A stretch of DNA of 64,000 nt, from positions 528,880,264 through 528,944,263 of the forward strand of contig NC_058131.1 in NCBI RefSeq assembly GCF_016433145.1, written 5' to 3'. Shown here one piece after another: positions 26,901 to 36,161 of the stretch. Source of the stretch: Gracilinanus agilis (lineage: Eukaryota). Position numbers and translations under genes: made by a program. The notes under the pieces were generated by a model that was given only the letters and a program-made list of their open reading frames with translations, made no database searches and had not been told where the DNA came from. Each line of letters begins with the position of its first letter. Positions within the stretch are counted from its first letter, which is position 1.

Positions 26901-29900
26901 CTAAAGAGCTAAGGTCTGGGTTTTTTTAAAAAAAGAAAGATAACATCAAAAGATCTTCAATGAAGATGACAACCAGTTCATGCTTGCTCATCCCATAATG
27001 AAAAAGGGGGCACTTAGGATATTTACATCACAGCCATCAGGTGGCCTGGGTATAGGAAGAGGCATGCTGGGGTAAGACAGGTTTCCTCACCAGGGGCAAG
27101 AGCTGGCTTAGGTGCATTGGGAGTGGTTAGGTTCTAACTGTCCTGAAGGGCTGACTCCCCATTCAGAGGGGCATGTTGGGAGCTTTCATAATGGAGGCAG
27201 TGGGAGAAGTTGGGGAACATTAGGGGATAAAGCTGAGTGGTTTGTTTGGGGTTATTTCTGGGGATCCTGCCATCGGTACATAGGGCTGCTTCTCTCTGGC
27301 TTATCTGCTCAGAGGAATGGCGGTAGCACCTGCGCCTTAGGTCTGGTGCTTCTGGGAGGGAGCAGAAATCTTAGGGAATCTTTTCTCTTCCTCTTCCTCC
27401 TCCGTCTTGTGAAGAATCCAAACTTTTTGGTCTCAGGACACCTTTATTTTCTAAAAAATGACTAAGGACCTTCTCCTTCGGGTTGTGTGGGTTATGGCTA
27501 TTGATATTTACCATATTAGGAATTAAAACAACTTCTTATTATTATGAAATAGTTTTGACTTCAAGAGGCTCTAGACCACATTTTGAAAACCATTGCTTTA
27601 GAGGAATAAACTGACTTCTGGGCAGAAGATAAGGTTCCTTCCCCTGGCACCTCCCCAGCTAACCAGATGTGCAAGGGATCCAGGAGGGAATTTGGACTCT
27701 CCCTCCTGCTTCCCCAACACTTGCTCTTGGGAGGAAGCCAAAGAACTTTCATTGTGCTCTTGTGGTTGCCTCGGTGTTATGGTGCTATGGTTCTCTCGTT
27801 CTAGAAATCTACTGCTTCCCTCCCATGTTTAATATAGGGAATGAAACCTGTCCATCAGGTGCTAGGGTGCGAATATCTGGACATGGGGAGATGCCTCAGG
27901 AATTTGGGATGGGTGAGGAAATAGTAAGAAGAGGAGAAAGATTGTCCCTAACCCTTGGTGCCCCCTGAGCTCTACCCTGGTGAGTGGAGGGCTTGTGCCC
28001 CTCAGTATGTTGGCACCAGAGGCCCTCCCCCTTAGGCAGCCCTAGGTCAGTTACCTCTGCTGCCCATGACCAACCCAGCAGTGAGAGGGCTGATTCTGTG
28101 CAGTCCTAGACACCCACAGGGACTTGTGAGAAGCAAAGAATTGGTTCTTAAGACAATCCTAGGGTCCTTCCACAAAGGGACGTTATTCTCTTACTTGTAA
28201 GTCTTTGATGTGGCAATAGTGTCCATTTTTATTATTTTTGGCATACACAGAGAGGCCTCTTGGCTTAGGGCACTGGTGTGAAAGCTAACAAGACAAGAGA
28301 AGTTATTTAGATTTACATTTTCTTCTGCTTTCATAAGCTTTGAAGAAGTCATTTTAGGGTCAGTCCAGCTTTAGAGTCTCTTGTTCTAATTCCCCAACCA
28401 CAGCCCAAGGACTGTGTTTTGTTGCCCAATCCAAGGAGCCTGTTTAAGCTGGCAGGTATCCTCCTGAAGGACTTTTCTGGTGATGGGTCTAGGCAGGACA
28501 GGTGCTGGCAGCTTCTCAGTCCTCGCTGGGCACCGTGAGATCATCTGTAGCTCTGCCAAGTGCCAGCCAAGAGTCTGTCGTCACTCCCTCTATTCGGGGC
28601 TGTGATGAGAGAATTCTTCCTTCCCCCCATCTCTTCTAGACCCTGGCAAGAAAGTGTGAATCCCTTCCTCTCCCCTTAATTTCTGCTGAATTTCCCCAGT
28701 GCTTCTAGGGAGCCTTGTGCCAGGTGCTTTGATCTAGCGTCTGTAGCCGCTGATCCTAAGCTCCTCATTCTCAGGGTTGCCCACAGTATCTTCTGCTCTG
28801 AGTCTGATTTGGTGTCTCTGGTGCCACCACCCAGACCTTCCCATCTCGCCCTCTAGACCCTGACACTCATCGCTGTGGCTGAGCTCCTGTTCTAGGATGA
28901 GCTGTTCTCCCCATTTCTTTTCATCTTCCCACCCTCAGTCTGACTCGCTTTCTGCTCTGACTTCAGAGCCACCTTTCTTCTCCAGATCTGCATACCTGCT
29001 GCTTCACCCAGTCCTTGGCTCATTACCCCTTCCCGTTCACATCAGCTCTCCCCAGAGGCTACTCTGGCCCCATACCTCTGTGGGCCTCCCTCTGCCACAT
29101 TCCTGCTGTGTCTCCCACTTGCTGCCTCTGCCAGCCTCTTCCCTGCTGGCTGCCTGCCTGGTCCGGCCTTGTGGCCATAAGGAGCTGTTTCCCTCCATCC
29201 TCCTGTCCAGGAAGTCATTCCCCACTTGTCCTACTGCACCCTGTGAGAGGAGGAGTCTGTGATGAGGCTCGAGCTGGTTCTTATCCCTCCTCCTGCCCTT
29301 CTTACCTCTTCCACTAAATGGGGATAAAGCTCACACTCAGCCTTTGGCAGTCAACAGTTCGGCCATCTCCCCTTGATTTCATCTCTTCCACCCCCCACCC
29401 CTACCCCTCGCACCCCATTCAGGCCCATGGGTCCCTGGGAAATTGCTCTCTCAGGATCTGCAGGACTTCCTCAAGAAGCGATATCCCCAGGTCCACTTTG
29501 AAGGAGAAGAAGGGGTCAGTGACGTCGGTGGGTGCCCCCTGGAGGGGCCTGGCGTCCAGGGAGTCGTCCTCTGAATACTCGTGCAGCGTTCCAGCCAGGG
29601 AGATAGCGGAGGGCAGGGTGGCCGAGTAGGCAGCCGCGTATGCAGGGGAGGGCTCCAGAATGTTGGGACAACTGCTGCTCTCGCGGTAGAGGCGCGGGGG
29701 TTTGGGTGGTGCCAGCAGCGTGGATCTGGGCTGCTCGTCCCCCCACAGGGGCAGGCGGCGGCCGTCCGGCCTTCCCCTCAGCTCCCGGATGACCTCCCGG
29801 TTACTGTATTCCTCATGGTCTCCCCCGGCAGTGCTGGCCTGGCTGAGCACGCTGCCTTGCCGTCGGAGTCGCCGGGGCCTCCCAAGGCTCAGACGTTTGA

Positions 29901-32900
29901 AGAAAGAGTTGTTGCGGAAGGATCCTTTCCGCCATGTCTCCATGGGCCTGAGAAAAGTGGGCCACCGTGGCTGCTCTTGGGAGGCCTCTTGGCCCACAGG
30001 TAGATGGACTCCCAGAGGTTCCGAGGCATGGGAGACAATGTGGGACTGTGGGCAGGACCCCAAGACCGCCTGGGTTTCCTGCTTGAGCCCCTGTGACTCT
30101 GTCCAGTCCAGGATTCCTGCCAGGGCACTGGAGAGCAGACGAGCCACCAAAAGTTGTAGGAAGATGCCCCACTGAGGAGAGGACAGAGCTGGGAGCCCCT
30201 GATAGGGAGCCACTTGGGCCCTTGAGATCCCAAGAGAGAAGACCCAGAGGGAAAAAGGCACTTACTGGAGTGAGAGCTTCTTGGGAAGGACAGGAACACC
30301 CTGGTGTGCTCCCCTGTGTGGGCAGGCCCCAGCCTGAAGGGCACCGTGTCGGGTCCCTGCTCCGTCTCTTCTCTCCTCTTCTCCCATCCAGCAGGTGCGG
30401 GGCTGCTCTCGCTCTGAGGCTGGTGCCTCCCAGGTTCTGATTAGTGGTTTGGCTGCTTGGGCTGGTGTGTGGCAGCCTCGGAGTGTTTTTGTTTTCAGCT
30501 GACTCAGTCAGGTGGGAAGCTGGGTTTCATGCTTTTGGGTAATTGCAGCATCCACATGTAGGGACTGGGGCAGCCGCTCCCGCCAACGCCCAGGGCCAGT
30601 AGTAGGGAGCTAGAAATTCCTCTGGAGGCCTTCCAGCAGGTGAGGCCAGGGCAGCCCTGCTTTATATATCGCTGTGTTGTTTCCATTCTCAGGATTGATC
30701 AGTGGCTTCATGGGGGAAAGCCTGACTTCTGGGTCCCCTGCCAGGAGTACGGGGAGTACAAGGAAGGTAGGGGTTAACTGAAAGGTAAAAGTGTGGCCTG
30801 ATTGTTGGAGGACGAGGAGGGACTTGTTACTAGTGTTAGTGACTCATCATAGCCTGGTGCCAAGCCTTCATTAGCCTGGGCCCACAGACACGGATGGCGG
30901 GAAGGAAGGCAGAAGTGTTAGCGGGAGAGACGAGCTCAGCTCCAGCCCCTGGAGAATTTTCAGATTGAGGGATGGGGGAGAGGAGGGACTCTCTCCACCC
31001 TGCAGGCTTAAGGATATGACCTGGCCTCGTCTTCAGTCTAACATCCTGCCCAGCTGGATCTTAACTTGAATTTTTCCCCGACTCCACTGACAAGACAGGT
31101 TCTGTCAGCATTCTTCGAAGGAAGACACTTCCTTCCTCTGCATTTTACTAAAGAAGCTTTCAGAGGTGGCTTCCTGATAGCAGCAGAGCTAGAATGAGGA
31201 AACAAGATCCCAAGTTAGAATCTGGGACTCTGGGGCAAGATGAACATTTTCAAGTCTTTCCCTTCAAGCTGCCTTGGCCTAGAAACCAAGCTGTCATTTT
31301 GTTGCTCACGGCGTGTGGTGGTTTGTCGGGCCTGATGGTCTCACTGGGCAGCACGTTATCAGTTCTATGTTTAACTATTGGATCTTATTGTCTAGTGGTT
31401 GTGGGCCACAGGACAGCAGGACTAGAAAATGAACCGTAGAAAGTCTGGCCAGGACAGTGGTTCTTCTGGGAGCTGTTATCAGAGGGGGTGGGAAAATCAA
31501 GGTGCAGCCTTCCAGGGCTGGCTCTCAGAAGCCTAGGAGTTAGGCCAGAAGTTATCCCTTACTCACCCTGCACCTCAGCCCAGGTGTGCCTTCCTCCATT
31601 TCCCATGGAACATTGTTCCCTAGTTTTCTGTTTCCTTCAGTAGCAATCTGGCTCTTTGATGTCCACAGGATGGCTTCTTAACAGCATCTTTGCCCAGGTA
31701 GAGGCTGATGGGGCCCTCTGAGCTCTGTGCTGTGGTGTTCTGGAGGGCCGATGATAGAGGGGATTCTCATTCTTTGAAATGGTGATTCTGATCAGATCCC
31801 TCCCACCCCCTGCTGGAGGTGGGAGCAGAACTACTTCAACAGCCCCAAGGGAGGTGGTGCTGTAAATTGTGCTTTGCACCTTTCAGGTGTGGAGTTGTTG
31901 GCTCAGGTAGTTTAATTCCCAAGTTCCACCATCCCCCTGGCCCACTGAGACAGTTCACTATTATGAGCCTGGCATTCATTAAGCCAGCAGAGCCCTGCCC
32001 TGCACTATGTTGAGGAAATGAACCGGACCCATAGTTGTTTTCCTCTCTTGGGTGGAGCTTGTTTCAGAATTTGTTTAAGTTGGGGTGAGCCTTCTTTCCT
32101 TTTTTGCTTCTGCACCCTCACCTGGACACTAATCTAAAAGGCCCAAATGAAGTCCTCTTGGGAAGAAGGGTAACTCTGAAAAAGATGTGGCGTGGAGCAG
32201 GGCCCTCACTGAAGTCTAGAAGGTACCAGATCCCCCTGGCCCCAGAGCCAGCCTCAGGCACACCTTAACCCAGACGATGGCCAGGGTCTTGGCATATTCA
32301 AAGAAGCTGTCTTGACAGTGTATAGTAATAATACAACTTCAGTTTAAATTGCAAAGGGGACCGCTGTGACAGAAGTACAGAGCTCGTAGAGAGAAGGGAT
32401 GAATAAAAGGAATTAGTATATTAAGGGAATGAATAGCAAGTGGTAAAGGCTGGGCTGAGTATGGGAGAATTCCACTCATTAAAAGGAGAAACTGGAACTG
32501 ACTGCACATAGTGATGGGGTACAAGGAAGGGAATAGCTGGGGAAGATCACTGGGTGTATTTCAGCTGGCTTAGAGGGGCAGGAGGCAGGAAGCTTGTTCC
32601 CACAGTTTGGTTTAGAGGTGAGGCTCTTCTGTAATCTCTGCCGAAGACACAGCCACTATGAGAGGTGACTGGTGGACTCGGGATAAACCCCAAAGGCCTA
32701 GGGGAAGAGCCCGGCCACTTCTCATTTCACAGGCATCCTGGATGCTCCTTCTCTCTTTGTCCATTAGGGAAATGGGTTCTTGGCTGGGACCCAGGGGGCT
32801 CACCCTCCAGCTCCAACCAGGCTCGGCCTTGGGCCTTTCTGGGAAGGAGGTCATGCTGGACCTGGTGGTTGCCGCCCCTAACCCTGTCTCCTCTGTGTCC

Positions 32901-33028
32901 CACAGGGCTCCGTGCTGTCAGAGAGGGACTACGAGAGCCTCGTCATGATGCGCATGCGTCAGGCCGCAGAGCGGCAGCAGCTGATCGAGCAGATGCAGAG
33001 GGAGGATGAGGAGGGCCTGCCCACATAG
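17918..33028 (+). CDS. DNAJC17: DnaJ homolog subfamily C member 17 (J domain + RRM), coding exons 2-11; exon 1 lies outside the window
   Basis: Ten GT-AG exons join in phase: 17918-17987, 19940-19998, 20398-20485, 21726-21811, 21966-22062, 22697-22740, 23415-23492, 24295-24375, 25681-25800, 32906-33028. They translate to [23 protein letters not shown]...[35 protein letters not shown], with the J-domain HPD motif. This matches human DNAJC17 as recalled. Confidence 0.97.
18235..19860 (-). mobile_element. Long L2 LINE remnant in DNAJC17 intron 2, with a SINE inserted at ~18490-18678
   Basis: L2 3' terminus near 18235. Minus-strand translations [14 protein letters not shown] and [19 protein letters not shown] resemble the L2/CR1 RT segment STETALxKVTNDL...LDLSAAFDTVDH. 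Confidence 0.75.
19940..19998 (+). CDS. DNAJC17: DNAJC17 exon 3 (59 nt)
   Basis: ctcag|CTGAG...CGG|gtaagg; [20 protein letters not shown]. Confidence 0.96.
20398..20485 (+). CDS. DNAJC17: DNAJC17 exon 4 (88 nt)
   Basis: gccag|GCAGCG...CTTG|gtatgg; [29 protein letters not shown]. Confidence 0.96.
21726..21811 (+). CDS. DNAJC17: DNAJC17 exon 5 (86 nt)
   Basis: cccag|ATCTT...GAG|gtaagc; [29 protein letters not shown]. Confidence 0.95.
21966..22062 (+). CDS. DNAJC17: DNAJC17 exon 6 (97 nt)
   Basis: ggcag|ATTGCA...AGAG|gtaaaa; [32 protein letters not shown]. Confidence 0.95.
22697..22740 (+). CDS. DNAJC17: DNAJC17 exon 7 (44 nt)
   Basis: tctag|GAAAG...AAG|gtgaga; [15 protein letters not shown]. 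Confidence 0.95.
23415..23492 (+). CDS. DNAJC17: DNAJC17 exon 8 (78 nt)
   Basis: tgcag|CTGAAA...AAG|gtctgt (weak donor); [26 protein letters not shown]. Confidence 0.95.
24295..24375 (+). CDS. DNAJC17: DNAJC17 exon 9 (81 nt, RRM)
   Basis: cacag|TATGGT...GCC|gtgagt; [27 protein letters not shown]. Confidence 0.96.
25681..25800 (+). CDS. DNAJC17: DNAJC17 exon 10 (120 nt)
   Basis: gggcag|GTGCTG...CAG|gtagga; [40 protein letters not shown]. Confidence 0.93.
28228..28233 (-). terminator. Probable C15orf62 polyadenylation signal (AATAAA on the minus strand)
   Basis: tttatt on the plus strand; the first such hexamer I found downstream of the stop, implying a ~1.2-kb 3' UTR. Confidence 0.55.
29419..29943 (-). 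CDS. C15orf62: C15orf62 ortholog, 174 aa, single coding exon, nested antisense in DNAJC17 intron 10
   Basis: ATG at 29943 gives [54 protein letters not shown]...[18 protein letters not shown]...[29 protein letters not shown], closely matching human C15orf62 as recalled. The ORF-track start at 30261 is a GTG directly after an in-frame TAA. Confidence 0.93.
   Translation of the reverse strand: METWRKGSFRNNSFFKRLSLGRPRRLRRQGSVLSQASTAGGDHEEYSNREVIRELRGRPDGRRLPLWGDEQPRSTLLAPPKPPRLYRESSSCPNILEPSPAYAAAYSATLPSAISLAGTLHEYSEDDSLDARPLQGAPTDVTDPFFSFKVDLGISLLEEVLQILREQFPRDPWA
30661..30668 (-). promoter_or_regulatory. TATA box (TATATAAA) of C15orf62; AP-1 TGACTCA sites at 30500-30506 and 30840-30846
   Basis: Minus-strand GATATATAAAG followed by GC-rich sequence, ~720 nt upstream of the ATG; predicts a TSS near 30635. 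Confidence 0.6.
32906..33028 (+). CDS. DNAJC17: DNAJC17 exon 11 (last coding exon, TAG stop)
   Basis: cacag|GGCTCC...ACATAG; [40 protein letters not shown]. Confidence 0.96.
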   Translation, partial: GSVLSERDYESLVMMRMRQAAERQQLIEQMQREDEEGLPT

Positions 33029-33093
33029 CCCCGCAGAACCCAGCCCCTCTTCCCCTCCTCCCTCCTTCTCCCTTTTCTTAAATTAATACTTAA

Positions 33094-33099
33094 AATAAA
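33094..33099 (+). terminator. DNAJC17 polyadenylation signal AATAAA
   Basis: First AATAAA after the stop, 66 nt downstream, in an AT-rich context. Confidence 0.75.
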
Positions 33100-33318
33100 T
33101 TTTTTTAGAAAGAAACCGATTGTATCCGACATAAGTGACTGGCAGGAAGATGGTATAAGCGGAACTTGTCCTTATTTCTGAACTCTACCCATAGGCCTCC
33201 ATCCATGCTGAGGCTTCCTCTCTGACAGCCAGGAGGGCAGCTGGAGGAGAAAGTGCCCGGGGGTGAAAGAGAGAGAACCCTGGGCCAGGCCTGAGGAGCA
33301 GCCGCTCAGCACAGTTCT

Positions 33319-33324
33319 TTATTG
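33319..33324 (-). terminator. GCHFR polyadenylation signal (AATAAA on the minus strand)
   Basis: tttatt on the plus strand, ~250 nt downstream of the GCHFR stop. Confidence 0.7.
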
Positions 33325-33571
33325 GCTCAGGCTAGCTTACAGTTTGACCCTGGGACCCCACCAGCCCGCTCCATTTCATGGTTGGGGAAATCTAGGATTA
33401 GATGCGTGCCCTCCCTGCCCCCCCTCGCCCTGGGACATTCCTTCTCCCTCTAGGAAGGCTCCCCTACTGGCATGGTGGGGCCCAAGCAGGCAGGGTGGCC
33501 TCTGTCCCTGTGGGCAGCAGCTTGGGCCAGGGAGCCCCGACGAGGCAGGGGGATGGCCGGCTGGGCCGCAG

Positions 33572-33695
33572 CTACTCCTTGTGCAGGCACCACACGAGGG
33601 TCTGGCCCACGCCTGTCATGCTCACCACGCGATAGCCCCGGGCCTCCAGTTTGTTCAGAACGATTCGGGGCGGGTCGTTGACACAGTACTCCCAA
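33572..33695 (-). CDS. GCHFR: GCHFR exon 3 coding part
   Basis: ccacag|TTGGGAG...GAGTAG on the minus strand. Confidence 0.96.
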
Positions 33696-36161
33696 CTGTG
33701 GAGAGACGGGGAGTGAGGGGAGCGTGAGGCGGGGCAGGAAAGGGGCTGGTGCCCTCCTACCCCGGGGCCTAGCGCTGAATCGCCAGCGTCTGTTTGCCTC
33801 TTCTTGTCTGTCGGAATGCTCAACTCCCTATCATCAAGTTTGGACTTCTGAGCAGATTAAAGGACTCCACTTGGAGCTGGGTTGCTCGGGGCAAAGGAGT
33901 CATTCTAGCAGCAACCCTCAGAGCTCTGGAGCCATGGGCTGGGATCTGCTCTTGTCCTCTCTTCCCTGGACTCCGCCAGCGTTGGGCAGCTAAGTGGCAC
34001 TGGATAGATCACCGCATTGGGAAGGTTCGTCATGATGAGTTCAAATCTGGCCTCGGACACTAGTTTCGTGACCCTGGGCAAGTCACTTAACCCTTAAACC
34101 TGTGTGCCTCAGTTTCCTCATCTTTCAAATGGCAAACTGCTCCCCTATCTTTGCCAAGAAAACTTCAAATGGGGTCACGACTCAAAAGGACTGACTCGCC
34201 AGGATTTAGAGCCAAGGGTCTCTTCCCCTTCCTTGCAGCTCTGGCTGGAGAGGGCGCTAAGCCTTTGGGAAGAAAGCTGTCTTGACAGGCTGTAGATGAC
34301 AATATTAGGCAAAGCACAGAGGAAGTGGTCAGCTCATTTAGAGGAGAAAAGCCTCGCATTGGGGCTTTGCAGCCTGTGGGATTTGTTCTTGGCATGAATT
34401 CTTTCTCTTCAGAAAGAACCTCTTCCCCCTGGTTTCCACATCTCACAGAGGAGACCAGGCTGAGAGAGAAGCCAGTTAGGTGCCATAGTGAGAAAACACA
34501 CAAGAGGGAGAGTTTTAGGTCAGAAACTGGTTTCCGGAGCCCTCATGCTAGGGGAATTTGCACAGATTTGCCCTGCACTTCCTACTGGTGGCGGGGCTTT
34601 GTGAGGCGAAAGTGGTGCTAGCGGGTGTTAGTGTCCAAGGTGGATCTGACCGGTGGCTGAAAGACTGCTGGAGCTGACCAGGGAAAGGAAGGCCATCTGG
34701 GCAGCTAATTTCCTATGCTACCCCTCTAGAGTGACACGATGTGGAGGAGAGGGAGGACCCAGCGTTGTCCCCTCTACTTACAAATGGTTTCCCAGCATAT
34801 TCCTCTTTGTGGCCCCCAAGTACTGCATCAGCTCCTCGTCAGAGAACTCATCTCCCACCATTGTGGGACCCACCTCCTGAAACAGGGAAGCCAGAAAGGG
34901 GTCACCCCTCTTCCTCCTCCCTTTGTATCTCTCTTGGCCCCACCAATGGTGGGGGGCTGAATGAACTCTCTTCCACTGGAAGAGCTGGCAGGATGGAGTT
35001 AATGCCCGCAGGGGTGTCAGGCCACAATAAAATGAGAGGGAGGAGGCCGATCAAAGAGGGGGACAGGAATGACCAGATTGGGTCACAGGCCAGTGACAGG
35101 CCCTTCCTGGCCCCTTTCATCTCGACCTCAACCATCTGGCATAGCCAGGTAATTAACACGATCGCCCCAGGGCACTGCCAGGGCCTCTCCGAGCCGTGGG
35201 GCCACCCCTTCATCCTCTTCATTCTGGGAGGCTTGTACCTCCTAGTGGGAGGAATTGAGGGCTCCGGAGCAAGCTGCTGGAGACACACCCCCTCTCCGAC
35301 TTCCCAAGGAGCCGCTTGCGGGCCGCGGCGGCTGTGTGTAGCGCTTCTAGTGCTGTATGTGTGTCTGGCTGGCCGGGACTGTCCGGTGCTGTGTGTAGCT
35401 AGAGTTCTGATTGTGTGTGTGTCTCCGGAGGCTCCGTGACTCCGGCCGGCCGGGAGGGACGGCGTGTGGCTCTCGGTGTGTGCAAGTGTGGACGCCCGAG
35501 TAAGTGTATACGCAGCGTCTGCCAGTGGTAGTAAATGACTCTACTGCTCATTTAAAGCCAAGGCGATGGCTTTACGCAGCCCCGAGAGTCTCTTCTGTCC
35601 CAACTCCGTGCATCCGCCCTGTTCTTTTTTCCTAAAGCGCTTGCGCGGGTAGTCAGGTATCACCCGGCTTTTACCTGTGGCTGTGACCGGAGCGGGTAGT
35701 GTCCCCCTGTGGATTCGGAGGCAGGTCTAGCCCGGGCAGATCAACAGACTTCTGGCCCTTCCCTCCAGGGGGTGGGGCTGATGCCCAGAAAAGTCCTGCC
35801 CCATGGACTGAGAGCCAGGTCGAAAGGCCTGTGTCTACCGGGGCAGAAGGACCCAAGTGGCCACCTGGCTACTCTGGGGGAGGGAAGGGGAGGAAATCTG
35901 GCTGGTCTCCAACTCCGGCTCCCAGCTTGGGGGAGCTTCTGCCTCTCGTGGGGCGGGACTGGGAGTTGTAGCTGCGGCGGTAAGAGCGCAAGAAGGAAAC
36001 CCGTGGCGTGGAGACCCGCGTGAGCCCAAGCTGGGTAGCACAAGAGAGCATCCTACCCCACCCCCACCCCCAATCTCGGAGCGGGTCAGCGCTGGCCCGG
36101 GTGCTAGGGAGGAGGAGATACTCACCATGCGGATCTGGGTACTAATGAGCATGTACGGCAT
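33572..36161 (-). CDS. GCHFR: GTP cyclohydrolase I feedback regulatory protein, 84 aa, 3 exons
   Basis: Exons 36161-36126 (36 nt), 34876-34782 (95 nt) and 33695-33572 (124 nt) total 255 nt: MPYMLISTQIRM/EVGPTMVGDEFSDEELMQYLGATKRNMLGNHF/WEYCVNDPPRIVLNKLEARGYRVVSMTGVGQTLVWCLHKE*. All introns are GT-AG. Confidence 0.97.
34030..34210 (+). mobile_element. MIR/MAR1-type SINE in GCHFR intron 2
   Basis: GAGTTCAAATCTGGCCTC...GCAAGTCACTTAACC...CCTCAGTTTCCTCATCT...GCCAAGAAAAC..AAATGGGGTCACG. Confidence 0.75.
34782..34876 (-). CDS. GCHFR: GCHFR exon 2
   Basis: tttcag|GAGGTG...CATTT|gtaagt on the minus strand. Confidence 0.96.

Larger units (their letters stand above)
22940..26935. mobile_element. Intronic SINE copies at ~22940-23128 -, 24058-24212 -, 24600-24793 -, 25174-25372 + (inside an L1 3' piece), 26737-26935 + (inside L2)
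   Basis: Family core recognisable in each copy. The span also contains DNAJC17 exons 8-10. Confidence 0.75.

Noticed and set aside
29944-30261. GTG-initiated 280-aa version of C15orf62 given by the ORF track
   Set aside because: The GTG directly follows an in-frame TAA and lies within the donor sequence. A spliced AUG-initiated form explains the region better. Non-AUG initiation in the unspliced RNA cannot be excluded.
29037-30440. Multiple overlapping ORFs on both strands around C15orf62 (e.g. 29581-30003 +, 29702-30175 +, 29516-29746 -)
   Set aside because: Expected shadows of a GC-rich CDS; no recognisable product or independent expression signals.
32304-34288. Identical 15-mer AAGCTGTCTTGACAG (palindromic CTGTC-TT-GACAG core) at 32304-32318 and 34274-34288
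   Set aside because: A rough count of position pairs against 4^15 gives about one or two such matches by chance in 64 kb. No further support.
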